A stretch of DNA of 64,000 nt from a virus. The DNA is taken from IMG/VR virus record IMGVR_UViG_3300023079_000003. One strand, 5' to 3'. The position numbers and the translations under genes are program-made. Numbering within the stretch: position 1 is the stretch's first letter; the number at the start of each line of letters is the position of its first letter. Positions 45,163 to 54,411 of the stretch are shown in pieces. Below the pieces are notes generated by a model, which was not told the DNA's origin, made no database searches, and worked only from the letters and a program-made list of their open reading frames with translations.

Positions 45163-48100
45163 TGGCCGCATTGATGACCGTCTTTGCCCGCTTCCGGCCC
45201 GACACCACGGGGTTCAAGCAGGAGGCAGAGGCAAAACTCCGCGCGATGAATCTGGACGCCGCCTCCGGCCTGCTCGGTAAGCGGGCCGGCGCGGTGGCAT
45301 CCAAGGCGTTTGGCGACTCGTTCGGTGACGGCGTGGGGAAGGCTGCCGAGGACGGATTCGCCAAGGACGGCAAGAGCACCGCCGCCGCCGAGAAATCCGG
45401 CAAGCGGTCCAGCGACGCCTTCGGCAAGGGCTTCGCCGACAGAGGCGGCACGTTCGCCCGGGTCATCGCCACCATGGTCGCCAAGACCACGGTGTTCGGT
45501 GCCGGCATCGCCACCGCCACCACGCCCGTCCTCAACTTCACAGCAGCTCTGCTCCCGGCGACGGGAGCCCTCCTCGCCGTGCCCGCAGCCCTTGCCGCTG
45601 CGAGCGCGGCGGCTTTCACGTTCAAGGCCGCGACCGACGGCGTCGGCAAGGCCATCAGCAAGGGCCTCGGGCCGGGCGGTGACGCCTATGAGAAGGCCCT
45701 CGACCTGCTGACGCCGGCGCAGCGGAAGTTCACCGAGGAGGTCGTCAGCCTGGGCGACGCCCTCACCGAGATGAACGACCGTGCGGCGCAGCCGTTCTTC
45801 GAGAAGCTGATCGGGCAGGTGCGCCCGCTCGCGGACATCTACCTGCCGCTGCTGGGCGACAAGATGGCCAAGCTGGCACCCGAGATATCGCAGATCGGGC
45901 TGGAGTTCATCAACGTCGCCAAGCAGGGCGCAACGGTCAACACCGTGGCCTCCGTGTTCGACAAGACCTCCGCCTCCGTCAAGGCCGTGTCCGCAGTGAC
46001 CGGCCCGGCCACAATCGCCCTGCGGGACCTCCTCGACGCCACCATCAACCGGTCGGCCAGTGTGTCCGCCGGCTTCCAGACCATGGCCCTACGCGCCGCC
46101 GCCTACGTGTCCGAGGCGTCCAAGTCCGGCGCGGTCAACGACGCCATCGACTCCGGCATCACCGTCCTCAAGGATCTCGGAGCGATCCTGCGCGACGTCG
46201 GGTTCATCTTCGGCACCGTGTTCAACGCCGCCACCGCCGGGTCGAACACCCTGCTCGGCAACCTCCGCAGCCTGGTCAACCAGACCGCGAACTTCTTCTC
46301 CCAAGCCTCGACCGGGCAGGCGCTCACCGAGGTCTTCTCGACCCTGAACACCCTGGGCGCCGCCTTCCGCACCAGCCTCGGTGCGGTCCTCCCGGCCATC
46401 GCCACGTCACTGCAGGAGGTGGCACCGTCGCTGCGCGAGCTGGCGCCGGTGGCCGCGCAGCTCGTGGTCGCGCTCGCCCCGCTGCTGCCGTACTTCGTCC
46501 AGCTCACCAACATCGTCATCCAGGCGCTCATCCCCGGCCTGGCCGCCCTCGTCGGCTGGCTGTCCCGCAACGAAGAGGTGGCCAAGGTCATCGCCACCGT
46601 GCTCGGCGGCCTGGTCCTCTCGATGAAGGCGCACGCCGCAGCGACCGCAGTGTCCGCGACCGCCACCCGGAGCTGGGCCGCCGCAACGGCCGTGGCCGCC
46701 ACCGCCAACAAGGTGTGGAACTCGACCTTCGTCACCCGCATCCGGGTGTGGGCGATCGACACCGCCGCACAGATCAAGAACCTCGCCGCGACCTCCGCGA
46801 GCACCGTGGCCATCGGCGCGCAGCGCATCGCCATGGTCGCCTCGACCGTGGCCACCCGCATCGCTGCGATCTCGACCACCGCCTTCGGGGTCGCACTCCG
46901 CTTCGCCATGGGACCGATCGGTCTCATCATCACGGCCGTCGCCCTGCTGGCCGCCGGCATCGTCTACCTCTACAAGAACAACGAGACGTTCCGGAAGATC
47001 GTCGACAAGGTCTGGGCGGCCATCAAGGTCGCGGTCAAGGCCACCGCCGACTTCATCACCGGCACGGTCTGGCCCGCGCTCAAGGCCGCCTGGTCGGGGA
47101 TCGCCGCCGGCGCAATGTGGCTCTACAACAACGCGATCAAGCCCGCCTGGTCCGGGATCCAAACCGCTGTCGGAGTCGCCGTCGGCCTGGTCAAGGGCTA
47201 CATCAGCATCGTCTCGGCCGTCTTCCGCACCGTGGCGGCCGTGGCGACCTGGCTCTACCAGAACATCTTCTCGCCGGTCTTCAAGGCAATCGCCAAGGTG
47301 ATCGAGATCTGGTGGTTCGCGGTCCGGATCGTCTTCACGGCCTTCAAGAATGTCGGCGTGTTCCTGATCCAGAACACGATCAGAGGGGCGCAGAAGGTCT
47401 TCCAGGTGGTGTTCGGGGCGATCGTCGCATACATCCAGGGGTGGTGGGCTGGGGTCAAGTTCGTGTTCGGCCTGTTCACCCAGTACGTGGTCGGCCCGTG
47501 GGTGCGGACCGTACGAGCGATCGGCACGTTCTTCGCCAACGTCTTCACTGGCATCGCCAACTTCGTGTCCGGCTGGTGGCGGCGCATCCGCGACTACTTC
47601 ATCAACCTCAAGAACTTCTGGACGACCGTCTTCTATCTCGCCGCCAACGCCCTCCGCGACAAGATCAACAACATCGTCGAGGCCGTCCGCGCCCGAGTCG
47701 CCGGCTGGGTCGAGAAGATCCGGGGCTACTTCAACGTCGTGGCCAACATCTGGCGCGGCCTGGCCTCGATCTTCACCGACGCCTACAACGCCAAGATCAA
47801 GCCCCTGTTCGACAGGTTCCTCGGCTTCATCAACAAGGACGTCGTCGGCGGATTCCGCACCGGAGTCAAGGCCATCGGCAAGGCATGGGAGGGCGTCCGC
47901 GACGCAGCCAAGAAGCCGGTCGCCTTCGTGGTCAACTCCGTGATCAACCCCTTCATCGGCGGGCTCAACGCCGCCGCGAAGTTCGTCGGCCTCAAAGATC
48001 AGCTCCCCAAGATCGCCGGATTCGCCGGCGGCGGGCGCATCCCCGGCCCCGACAGCCTGACCGGCGACAACCGGCTCGCTCGTATCAAGGGCACCGGCAA

Positions 48101-49151
48101 GGAGATCGCCGTAGCGACCGGCGAGTTCATCAACAACGTCCGGTCGACCCGCGCCAATCGGGGCCTGCTCGAGGTCATCAACCGCAAGCGCGGGAAGGTC
48201 TCGCGCAACGACGTCGACCCGTACCTCGACGGCTACGCCGACGGCGGCTCGGTCGGAGACAAGATCACCGGCTTCTTCGGCAAGGTCATCAAGGGCGCCA
48301 AGGGCCTCGGCAACTTCGTCACCAACCCCGGCGAGGGCCTGAAGAAGATCGCAGAGGCAGCCCTCTCCAAGATCCCCGGTGCGGACTCCGGCCTCGGCAA
48401 GACCGTCGCCGGCGCAGCCCGCAAGACGATCGGCGGGATCGGAGACTGGCTCAAGGACAAGGTCACTGGCGGGTTCGGGCTCACCGGCGGCAACGGCTCC
48501 TCGTTCGGCAAATGGCCGTCCAGCCCCGGCGCGCAGCGCGGCGACTCCGGGGTCTGGCGCCGGGTGGTCCAGCTCATCCGCTCGACCGGCCCCATGTCCG
48601 GCGCGTTCGGCAACGGCTACCGACCCGGCGACCCGAAGTGGCACGGGTCCGGCCGGGCGGTCGACTGGATGGGCTTCAACCAGGACCGGCTCGCCACCTA
48701 CCTCGCCCGGCTCAAGCCCCTTGAGCTGATCCACCGGACCAACCAGCGCGACTACGCCTACACGAGGGGCCGCAACCGAGGCAGCTTCAACAACGCCCTG
48801 ATGCAGGCCCACCGCAACCACATCCACATCGCGTTCAAGCTGGGCGGCCTGGTCGACAAGCTCTCCGGGATGATGGCCGGATTCCGCAACGGCGGGCCGG
48901 TCAAGCTCATGGACCAGGGCGGCCGGTGGCCGTCCGGCACCGTCCGCGCCAACCAGTCCGGCTACGACGAGCACGTGCTGACCGGCGGCCCCGGTGGGGA
49001 CATGGCGCAGATGATCGCCCTGCTGGCCGCGATCCTCGACGCGCTCGGCGGGATGGGCGATGACGTGGCCGCAGCGCTCTCGACCAACGCGCGACGCGGC
49101 CTGCAGAAGGCCCGGAGCCTCGGCACCGGACAGGTGGTCAACCCGACATGA
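45162..49151 (+). CDS. Tape measure protein with a C-terminal M15-like peptidase domain
   Basis: 1329 aa, Ala/Gly-rich with aromatic-periodic repeats; DPKWHGSGRAVD...HRNHIHIA. Confidence 0.92.
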   Translation: MAALMTVFARFRPDTTGFKQEAEAKLRAMNLDAASGLLGKRAGAVASKAFGDSFGDGVGKAAEDGFAKDGKSTAAAEKSGKRSSDAFGKGFADRGGTFARVIATMVAKTTVFGAGIATATTPVLNFTAALLPATGALLAVPAALAAASAAAFTFKAATDGVGKAISKGLGPGGDAYEKALDLLTPAQRKFTEEVVSLGDALTEMNDRAAQPFFEKLIGQVRPLADIYLPLLGDKMAKLAPEISQIGLEFINVAKQGATVNTVASVFDKTSASVKAVSAVTGPATIALRDLLDATINRSASVSAGFQTMALRAAAYVSEASKSGAVNDAIDSGITVLKDLGAILRDVGFIFGTVFNAATAGSNTLLGNLRSLVNQTANFFSQASTGQALTEVFSTLNTLGAAFRTSLGAVLPAIATSLQEVAPSLRELAPVAAQLVVALAPLLPYFVQLTNIVIQALIPGLAALVGWLSRNEEVAKVIATVLGGLVLSMKAHAAATAVSATATRSWAAATAVAATANKVWNSTFVTRIRVWAIDTAAQIKNLAATSASTVAIGAQRIAMVASTVATRIAAISTTAFGVALRFAMGPIGLIITAVALLAAGIVYLYKNNETFRKIVDKVWAAIKVAVKATADFITGTVWPALKAAWSGIAAGAMWLYNNAIKPAWSGIQTAVGVAVGLVKGYISIVSAVFRTVAAVATWLYQNIFSPVFKAIAKVIEIWWFAVRIVFTAFKNVGVFLIQNTIRGAQKVFQVVFGAIVAYIQGWWAGVKFVFGLFTQYVVGPWVRTVRAIGTFFANVFTGIANFVSGWWRRIRDYFINLKNFWTTVFYLAANALRDKINNIVEAVRARVAGWVEKIRGYFNVVANIWRGLASIFTDAYNAKIKPLFDRFLGFINKDVVGGFRTGVKAIGKAWEGVRDAAKKPVAFVVNSVINPFIGGLNAAAKFVGLKDQLPKIAGFAGGGRIPGPDSLTGDNRLARIKGTGKEIAVATGEFINNVRSTRANRGLLEVINRKRGKVSRNDVDPYLDGYADGGSVGDKITGFFGKVIKGAKGLGNFVTNPGEGLKKIAEAALSKIPGADSGLGKTVAGAARKTIGGIGDWLKDKVTGGFGLTGGNGSSFGKWPSSPGAQRGDSGVWRRVVQLIRSTGPMSGAFGNGYRPGDPKWHGSGRAVDWMGFNQDRLATYLARLKPLELIHRTNQRDYAYTRGRNRGSFNNALMQAHRNHIHIAFKLGGLVDKLSGMMAGFRNGGPVKLMDQGGRWPSGTVRANQSGYDEHVLTGGPGGDMAQMIALLAAILDALGGMGDDVAAALSTNARRGLQKARSLGTGQVVNPT

Positions 49152-49525
49152 CCGTCCTCATCCTCAACAAGCTCTACATCAACCGCGTCGACACGGGGGA
49201 GCTGATCTCCGGGGCGTCCGGGCGGGGGCGCACCCAGGCGTTCGGCTCCCCCGCCTACGAGAATCGGTCCTACGCCAACGGGCGGCAGCGGACGGTGAGC
49301 GCGGTCGGGGAGACCGGGCACATCCCCTACACCCTCATCCGCATGGACCTGGCCACCTGCCTGAAGCTGCGCCTCTGGAAGAAGATCACCGTCCAGGTGC
49401 GCGACCACCGAGGTCAGAAGTGGTTCGGCACGTTCGGGGCGGTCGACATCAGCGAGTACATGCCCGCCGACCTGTACGCCGCGTCCTTCACCCTCGACCT
49501 CGTGACCTTCACGGAAGGTGTCTGA
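49148..49525 (+). CDS. Minor tail protein (distal tail-like)
   Basis: Directly after the TMP; beta-rich. Confidence 0.65.
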   Translation: MTVLILNKLYINRVDTGELISGASGRGRTQAFGSPAYENRSYANGRQRTVSAVGETGHIPYTLIRMDLATCLKLRLWKKITVQVRDHRGQKWFGTFGAVDISEYMPADLYAASFTLDLVTFTEGV

Positions 49526-50661
49526 TGCAGCCCGTGGTCGACGGCCCCAGGGTCGGCGTGGTCACCTCAGCCCAGGTGGTCGACCTCCTGCAGAAGTCGG
49601 CCTCGACCACCATCGGCGCCGGGCTCGAACTGGTCGACCTCGCCGGCAACGTCCTCGAAGATCTCTCCGGAGATCTGGCCGGGGGCGGGATCACCCGCAA
49701 CAGCTACGCCGACCTGCACGCCTCCGCGCACTTCGACCTGTCCCGGCAGCTCGCCTGGGGCGCCGACCTCGTCCGCCCGTACGTGACCGTCGCGGACAAC
49801 GCCAGCACCGCCCGGTTCAACCTGGGCGTCTACCACCTCTCGACCCCGAACCGGCCGCGAGGCTCGGACATCACCACCTACTCGGTCGACGGCTACGACC
49901 TGCTCCTCCGCCTGAACCAGCCGGTCGGGGACGCCTTCTCTGTCGCGGCCGGCACCTCCTACCTCACCGCCATCAAGGGCATCCTCGCCCAGCTCGGCTA
50001 CGTCCTCGTGATCGTCGACCCGGCCGCCGCCGACAAGGTGCTCCCCACCCCGAGAGCCTGGGTCTTCGACGACCAGGTCACCTGGCTGCGGATCGTGAAC
50101 GAGCTGCTGGCCTCGATCGGGTACGCCGGCATCTGGTCAGACTGGAACGGCTACCTGCGCTGCCACCCGTACGTGCTCCCCCAGGACCGGGCCATCGAGT
50201 GGACCTACACCGATGACGTGGCATCGACGATGCTCGCCGCCGGCGGCGAGATCATCGAGGACTACTTCACCGCCCCCAACCGGTGGGTGGTGTTCCGATC
50301 CAACGTCGCTGACGACGTCGCCCCCGTCGAGGGCGCCGGGATCTACACGTACGTGAACGAGACGATCGGGAAGACCTCGGTGGCCGAGCGCGGCGGCCTG
50401 GTCATCACCAAGGTCATCGGGGTCGACGCCGCCGACCAGCCGTCCCTCATCGCGGCCGCGAACCAGATCATCCAGCAGGACACCTCGATCCCGGAGGTGT
50501 GGAACATCAGCACCGCCCTCAACCCGTTGCACTGGCACTTCGATCGCATCTACGTGAAGGACGCGTACGGGATCGTCGATGCGCAGGTCACGAGCTGGTC
50601 CTACAAGTTCGCGCCCGATATCAGTGACATGGAGCAGGAGTGGCGGGTGATCGCCCGGTGA
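49525..50661 (+). CDS. Minor tail protein (hub/Tal-like)
   Basis: V.GYD.L.RL, WL..VNELLASIGY..IW.D.NG; position. Confidence 0.7.
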   Translation: MQPVVDGPRVGVVTSAQVVDLLQKSASTTIGAGLELVDLAGNVLEDLSGDLAGGGITRNSYADLHASAHFDLSRQLAWGADLVRPYVTVADNASTARFNLGVYHLSTPNRPRGSDITTYSVDGYDLLLRLNQPVGDAFSVAAGTSYLTAIKGILAQLGYVLVIVDPAAADKVLPTPRAWVFDDQVTWLRIVNELLASIGYAGIWSDWNGYLRCHPYVLPQDRAIEWTYTDDVASTMLAAGGEIIEDYFTAPNRWVVFRSNVADDVAPVEGAGIYTYVNETIGKTSVAERGGLVITKVIGVDAADQPSLIAAANQIIQQDTSIPEVWNISTALNPLHWHFDRIYVKDAYGIVDAQVTSWSYKFAPDISDMEQEWRVIAR

Positions 50662-51356
50662 GCTACGACGACGAGTTGATCCGGATCATCGACGAGCGCA
50701 TGTCGCTCTACAAGATGAAGACGGTCAGCCAGGGCACCTGCATCACCCGCGACACCGAAGGTCCCGGTGCGACCGTCACCTTCGACGGCGCCACCTCGCC
50801 CGTCTCGGTCAAGGTCATGGGCGACTGCTTCTGCCAGCCCGACGATCGGGTGGTGGCCGGGAAGTACGGGTCGGACTGGCTGATCATCGGCTCGTTCTCC
50901 TCGACCGCTTTCGGGGAAGCGAACCGGGCACTGGACAACCTGTCCGTGGCTACCGGCGCGCTGACCTCGAGCACGTTCGTCGACCTCACCGAGTTCGGCA
51001 CCGTGCAGTTCGACAAGACGTTCGACAACACGTTCGTCCGCATGGGCCTTCAAGCCCAGGCGTTCGTGACAGGTGCGACAGCCAAGCCGTTCTGGGCGCT
51101 GCGGTTCACCCCGATCGCCGGCGGGATCGGCTACACCCCCGCCGACATCCCGTTCGGCGGCATCAACATCAACCAGCTCTCGACGCACACCAGCTACACC
51201 ACCTTCCGCCGGGTCACCAACATCCCCGCCGGGTCGTACACCGTGAGCATGAGGTGGAGGAGGGTGTCGGGCTCCGGGTCGGTCTTTGCCGACACCAACG
51301 ACTCGTACGCCGTCGAGCTGGACGAGAACGTCCGCGCATCCGTCCCGATCCTGTAG
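50658..51356 (+). CDS. Minor tail protein (OB-fold spike-like N-terminus)
   Basis: ATVTFDG...QPDDRVV...W.IIGS. Confidence 0.6.
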   Translation: MSYDDELIRIIDERMSLYKMKTVSQGTCITRDTEGPGATVTFDGATSPVSVKVMGDCFCQPDDRVVAGKYGSDWLIIGSFSSTAFGEANRALDNLSVATGALTSSTFVDLTEFGTVQFDKTFDNTFVRMGLQAQAFVTGATAKPFWALRFTPIAGGIGYTPADIPFGGININQLSTHTSYTTFRRVTNIPAGSYTVSMRWRRVSGSGSVFADTNDSYAVELDENVRASVPIL

Positions 51357-51365
51357 GGGGAGGCC

Positions 51366-53972
51366 ATGGCCACCGTCACCACGACCACCATCACTGACTC
51401 GATCGCCGTCCCCGGGAATGCGCCGATCGTCCGCTCGTACCTGGCCGGGTCGCTCGACTACCTGTTCGTTGCGGTGCGCACCGCGACCGACACCCTGACC
51501 ATCTACCGGTCGACGAACTCCGGCAGCTCGTGGTCCTCCTACTCGACCTACACGCACACGGGCCTGGCCGAGTGGTCCTCCCTGTTCATCGACTTCAACG
51601 GGTTCATGAATCTCGCCTACCGGGTGAGCACGACCGGCGGCGGCGGCACCGACACGATCTGGTACGTCCGGATGCGGGTGTCGAACGGGTCGTGGTCGAG
51701 CCCGTTGCAGACCTCGGGCAGCGACTCGAACGGCGGCACCGCCGGCGCGACCTGGCAGGGAGTCGACATCGCGTGCGTCCGCAACCCGAACGGGTCGATG
51801 GCCATCGCCGTCGCCGGGGCGCGCACCCAGGGCACCACCCGGTACGGGGTGACCGTCATGGGCGTGTCGGTCACCGAGGACGGAAGCATCTACCTCAACA
51901 ACAACATCGTGTCGACCAACCGATCGTTCTGGATCTCCGGCACCGCGCCCGGCCGGTCCGGGGTGTCGATCGACATCGAGCACACCGGGAACGGCTTCTC
52001 GGGGTCGACCCCGAACCTGTGGCTGACCTGGGGGCGCAACACCACCCGCATGGTCAAGATGACGTGGAAGGGCTCGGCTCAGGGATGGCAGGGGCCTTCG
52101 TCGGACATCACCCTGCGGGCGACCAACCCGACCTCGCTGGACGCGGTCGCCGGCAGGTGGGACGGCGCCCGGTGGATGGTCCCGATCCCCTCGCCCGACG
52201 ACACCACCAGGCTGCGCATCTACCAGCGGAACCAGGCGAACACCGCAACCATCACGATCGACACCCCCGTGCACCCGCAGGGCACGATCCGCCGGTTCGC
52301 CCTGTCGTACGACTTCGTCACCCGCAACCTCAGGGCGTTCGCGGTCGGCACCAGCACCGACGTCCTCTACTACGTCGACTACGTGCGGCAGACCGCGAGC
52401 TGGACATCCTGGCTGACCGTCGTCGCCTCCGCCGTGTCCAGCTCCGGGCAGGAGTGGGGGGTGCGCCGGGGCGGCTCCTCGGACAACGCCCGGATCGACA
52501 TCATCACGAACTCCGGCGCCTCCTCCCCGTTCACGGTCACCCACACCGCGCAGACCGTGTCGACAGCCCCGGCCATCGCCCGGTTCGACTACTCGGCCGT
52601 GCCGTACCTGAACGGCGGTGCCGCCGACGTCGCCGCCACCCTCACCCTGAACTGGATCTTCTCGGACCAGGACCCGGGGCAGACTCAGGGCTCCTACGCG
52701 ATCAGCCGGCAGATCGGTGTCGGCGCACTCGCCTACTGGAACGCGACCTCGAGCACGTGGGTTGCCAGCGAGGTGCAGAACTCCTCGACGACGCCGTCCG
52801 TGACCTTCGCATCGGCGTGGGCGTCCGGGACTGACGACCCGTACACGTTCCGGGTGAAGGTGTGGGACTCGACGGGGCTGACCTCCGCCGGCTACTCCGA
52901 CGCCCTGCAGCTCACCCCATCGGTCAAGGTCAACCCGACGATCGTGACCCCCGTGGCCGCGTCGACGATCACCTCCGACACGGTGACCATGACGTGGACG
53001 GTGTCGGAGGAGACCGCGATCCGGGTGACCCTGTTCGACACCACCAACGGGGTGTTCCTCCACGACTCCGGGAAGATCAACTACACGGGGACGTCGTACA
53101 CCGTGCCGGTGCGGGTCTCGACCGGCACGGCCTGCAACCTCAGCCTGTGGACCTACAACAACGAAGGGTTGGCCAGCACCCAGCAGACCAGGGCCTTCAA
53201 CGTGGCCTACGCGGTCCCGCCAGCGGTTACCTCGACGTTCGTCCCCTCGACCACCCTGGGAACCATCACCGTCACCCCCGTCGTCCTCGCGCCGGTGGGC
53301 GCGCAGCCGGCGATCGTCGACCAGGACTTGTGGCGCCGCGAGGCCACCACCCCCGTGCTCAACCCGAACCCGTCGATGGACGGGAACATCACCGGGTGGG
53401 CGTACGGCGGTGGAGGAACCCCCGGCACCCTGTCGTACTCGACCACCCAGGCCCACGACGGCCCCGGGTCGGTCCGCTACGTGCCCAACGCCGCCGGGTC
53501 CGCGCTGCCGCAGGTCGAGCAGGCCACCTACATCGACATCGTGCCTGGCCAGCTCTACTACGCGTCGGCGTGGATGCGACCCGACACGGTCAACAAACCC
53601 CTCGTCCTATTGATCAACTACTACACGGCTGGGCTGGCGTTCATCTCCTCGATCACCTACGTCATGAGCAACATCGTCGCCGGCGGGTGGCACTTCCTGG
53701 AGTTCTACGCCGACCCCGGAGCAGTGCCCACGGCCACGAAGCTGCGGGTCGCCGTCGGGGAGTCCTCGACCCCGGCCGCCGTCGACGCCTTCTACGCCGA
53801 CGAGATCAAGATCGAGGTCTACAACCCTGACCTCGGCGTCAGGCTGAAGCAGGACTCCGCGCCCGGAGCCTCCTACCCCGACTGGGGGCCACGGCACGGC
53901 GTCGAGCACGAGTACCGCTGGATCACCACGGGTGCGAACGGGACCACCGGCATCGGCCCGTGGACAAGCTGA
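51366..53972 (+). CDS. Large tail fibre/receptor-binding protein with a C-terminal CBM-like domain
   Basis: Ser/Thr beta-rich; LNPNPS.DGNITGW...YYASAWMR...W.FLE...FYAD. Confidence 0.7.
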   Translation: MATVTTTTITDSIAVPGNAPIVRSYLAGSLDYLFVAVRTATDTLTIYRSTNSGSSWSSYSTYTHTGLAEWSSLFIDFNGFMNLAYRVSTTGGGGTDTIWYVRMRVSNGSWSSPLQTSGSDSNGGTAGATWQGVDIACVRNPNGSMAIAVAGARTQGTTRYGVTVMGVSVTEDGSIYLNNNIVSTNRSFWISGTAPGRSGVSIDIEHTGNGFSGSTPNLWLTWGRNTTRMVKMTWKGSAQGWQGPSSDITLRATNPTSLDAVAGRWDGARWMVPIPSPDDTTRLRIYQRNQANTATITIDTPVHPQGTIRRFALSYDFVTRNLRAFAVGTSTDVLYYVDYVRQTASWTSWLTVVASAVSSSGQEWGVRRGGSSDNARIDIITNSGASSPFTVTHTAQTVSTAPAIARFDYSAVPYLNGGAADVAATLTLNWIFSDQDPGQTQGSYAISRQIGVGALAYWNATSSTWVASEVQNSSTTPSVTFASAWASGTDDPYTFRVKVWDSTGLTSAGYSDALQLTPSVKVNPTIVTPVAASTITSDTVTMTWTVSEETAIRVTLFDTTNGVFLHDSGKINYTGTSYTVPVRVSTGTACNLSLWTYNNEGLASTQQTRAFNVAYAVPPAVTSTFVPSTTLGTITVTPVVLAPVGAQPAIVDQDLWRREATTPVLNPNPSMDGNITGWAYGGGGTPGTLSYSTTQAHDGPGSVRYVPNAAGSALPQVEQATYIDIVPGQLYYASAWMRPDTVNKPLVLLINYYTAGLAFISSITYVMSNIVAGGWHFLEFYADPGAVPTATKLRVAVGESSTPAAVDAFYADEIKIEVYNPDLGVRLKQDSAPGASYPDWGPRHGVEHEYRWITTGANGTTGIGPWTS

Positions 53973-53982
53973 GAGGAACACC

Positions 53983-54411
53983 ATGCCCACCGACCTCGGA
54001 GCACACACCTGGCTTCAGCTCATCGGCGTCCAGGGGGAAACCCCGGAGAACCTCATGGTCTACGCCGGCAGGCTCATCGGCCTCACCGAGCAGCAGGTCG
54101 CCGTCTTCCCCACCGACCACTTCGACATCCTGATCATCGACGGCCAGCAGGTGCCCGGCTACTACACCTCCCCGGGCGGCAACGAGCACTTCTGGTTCAT
54201 GCAGCCGTTCCCCGACCCGAACCAGCAGGCCGTCGACATCATCCCCGGCCAGCAGGGCTGGGCCGACCCGAACGCCAAGCAGGTCTACTACAACATCGGC
54301 TCCGCCCTGCTCGGCCTGGGCGTGCCCGGTGCGAACGTCCGCGCCGGCCTCAAGCAGCTCTACGACGCCGCCGTCCAGAACCACGTCACCCAGCAGCAGG
54401 GCGGATCATGA
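53983..54411 (+). CDS. Hypothetical protein
   Basis: GAGGA RBS; lies before the lysin. Confidence 0.7.
   Translation: MPTDLGAHTWLQLIGVQGETPENLMVYAGRLIGLTEQQVAVFPTDHFDILIIDGQQVPGYYTSPGGNEHFWFMQPFPDPNQQAVDIIPGQQGWADPNAKQVYYNIGSALLGLGVPGANVRAGLKQLYDAAVQNHVTQQQGGS

Noticed and set aside
46407-48974. 855-aa minus-strand ORF and the 669-aa alternate plus frame
   Set aside because: Shadows of the tape measure gene; no motifs.
50601-53456. 951-aa minus-strand ORF
   Set aside because: Shadow of the minor tail genes.
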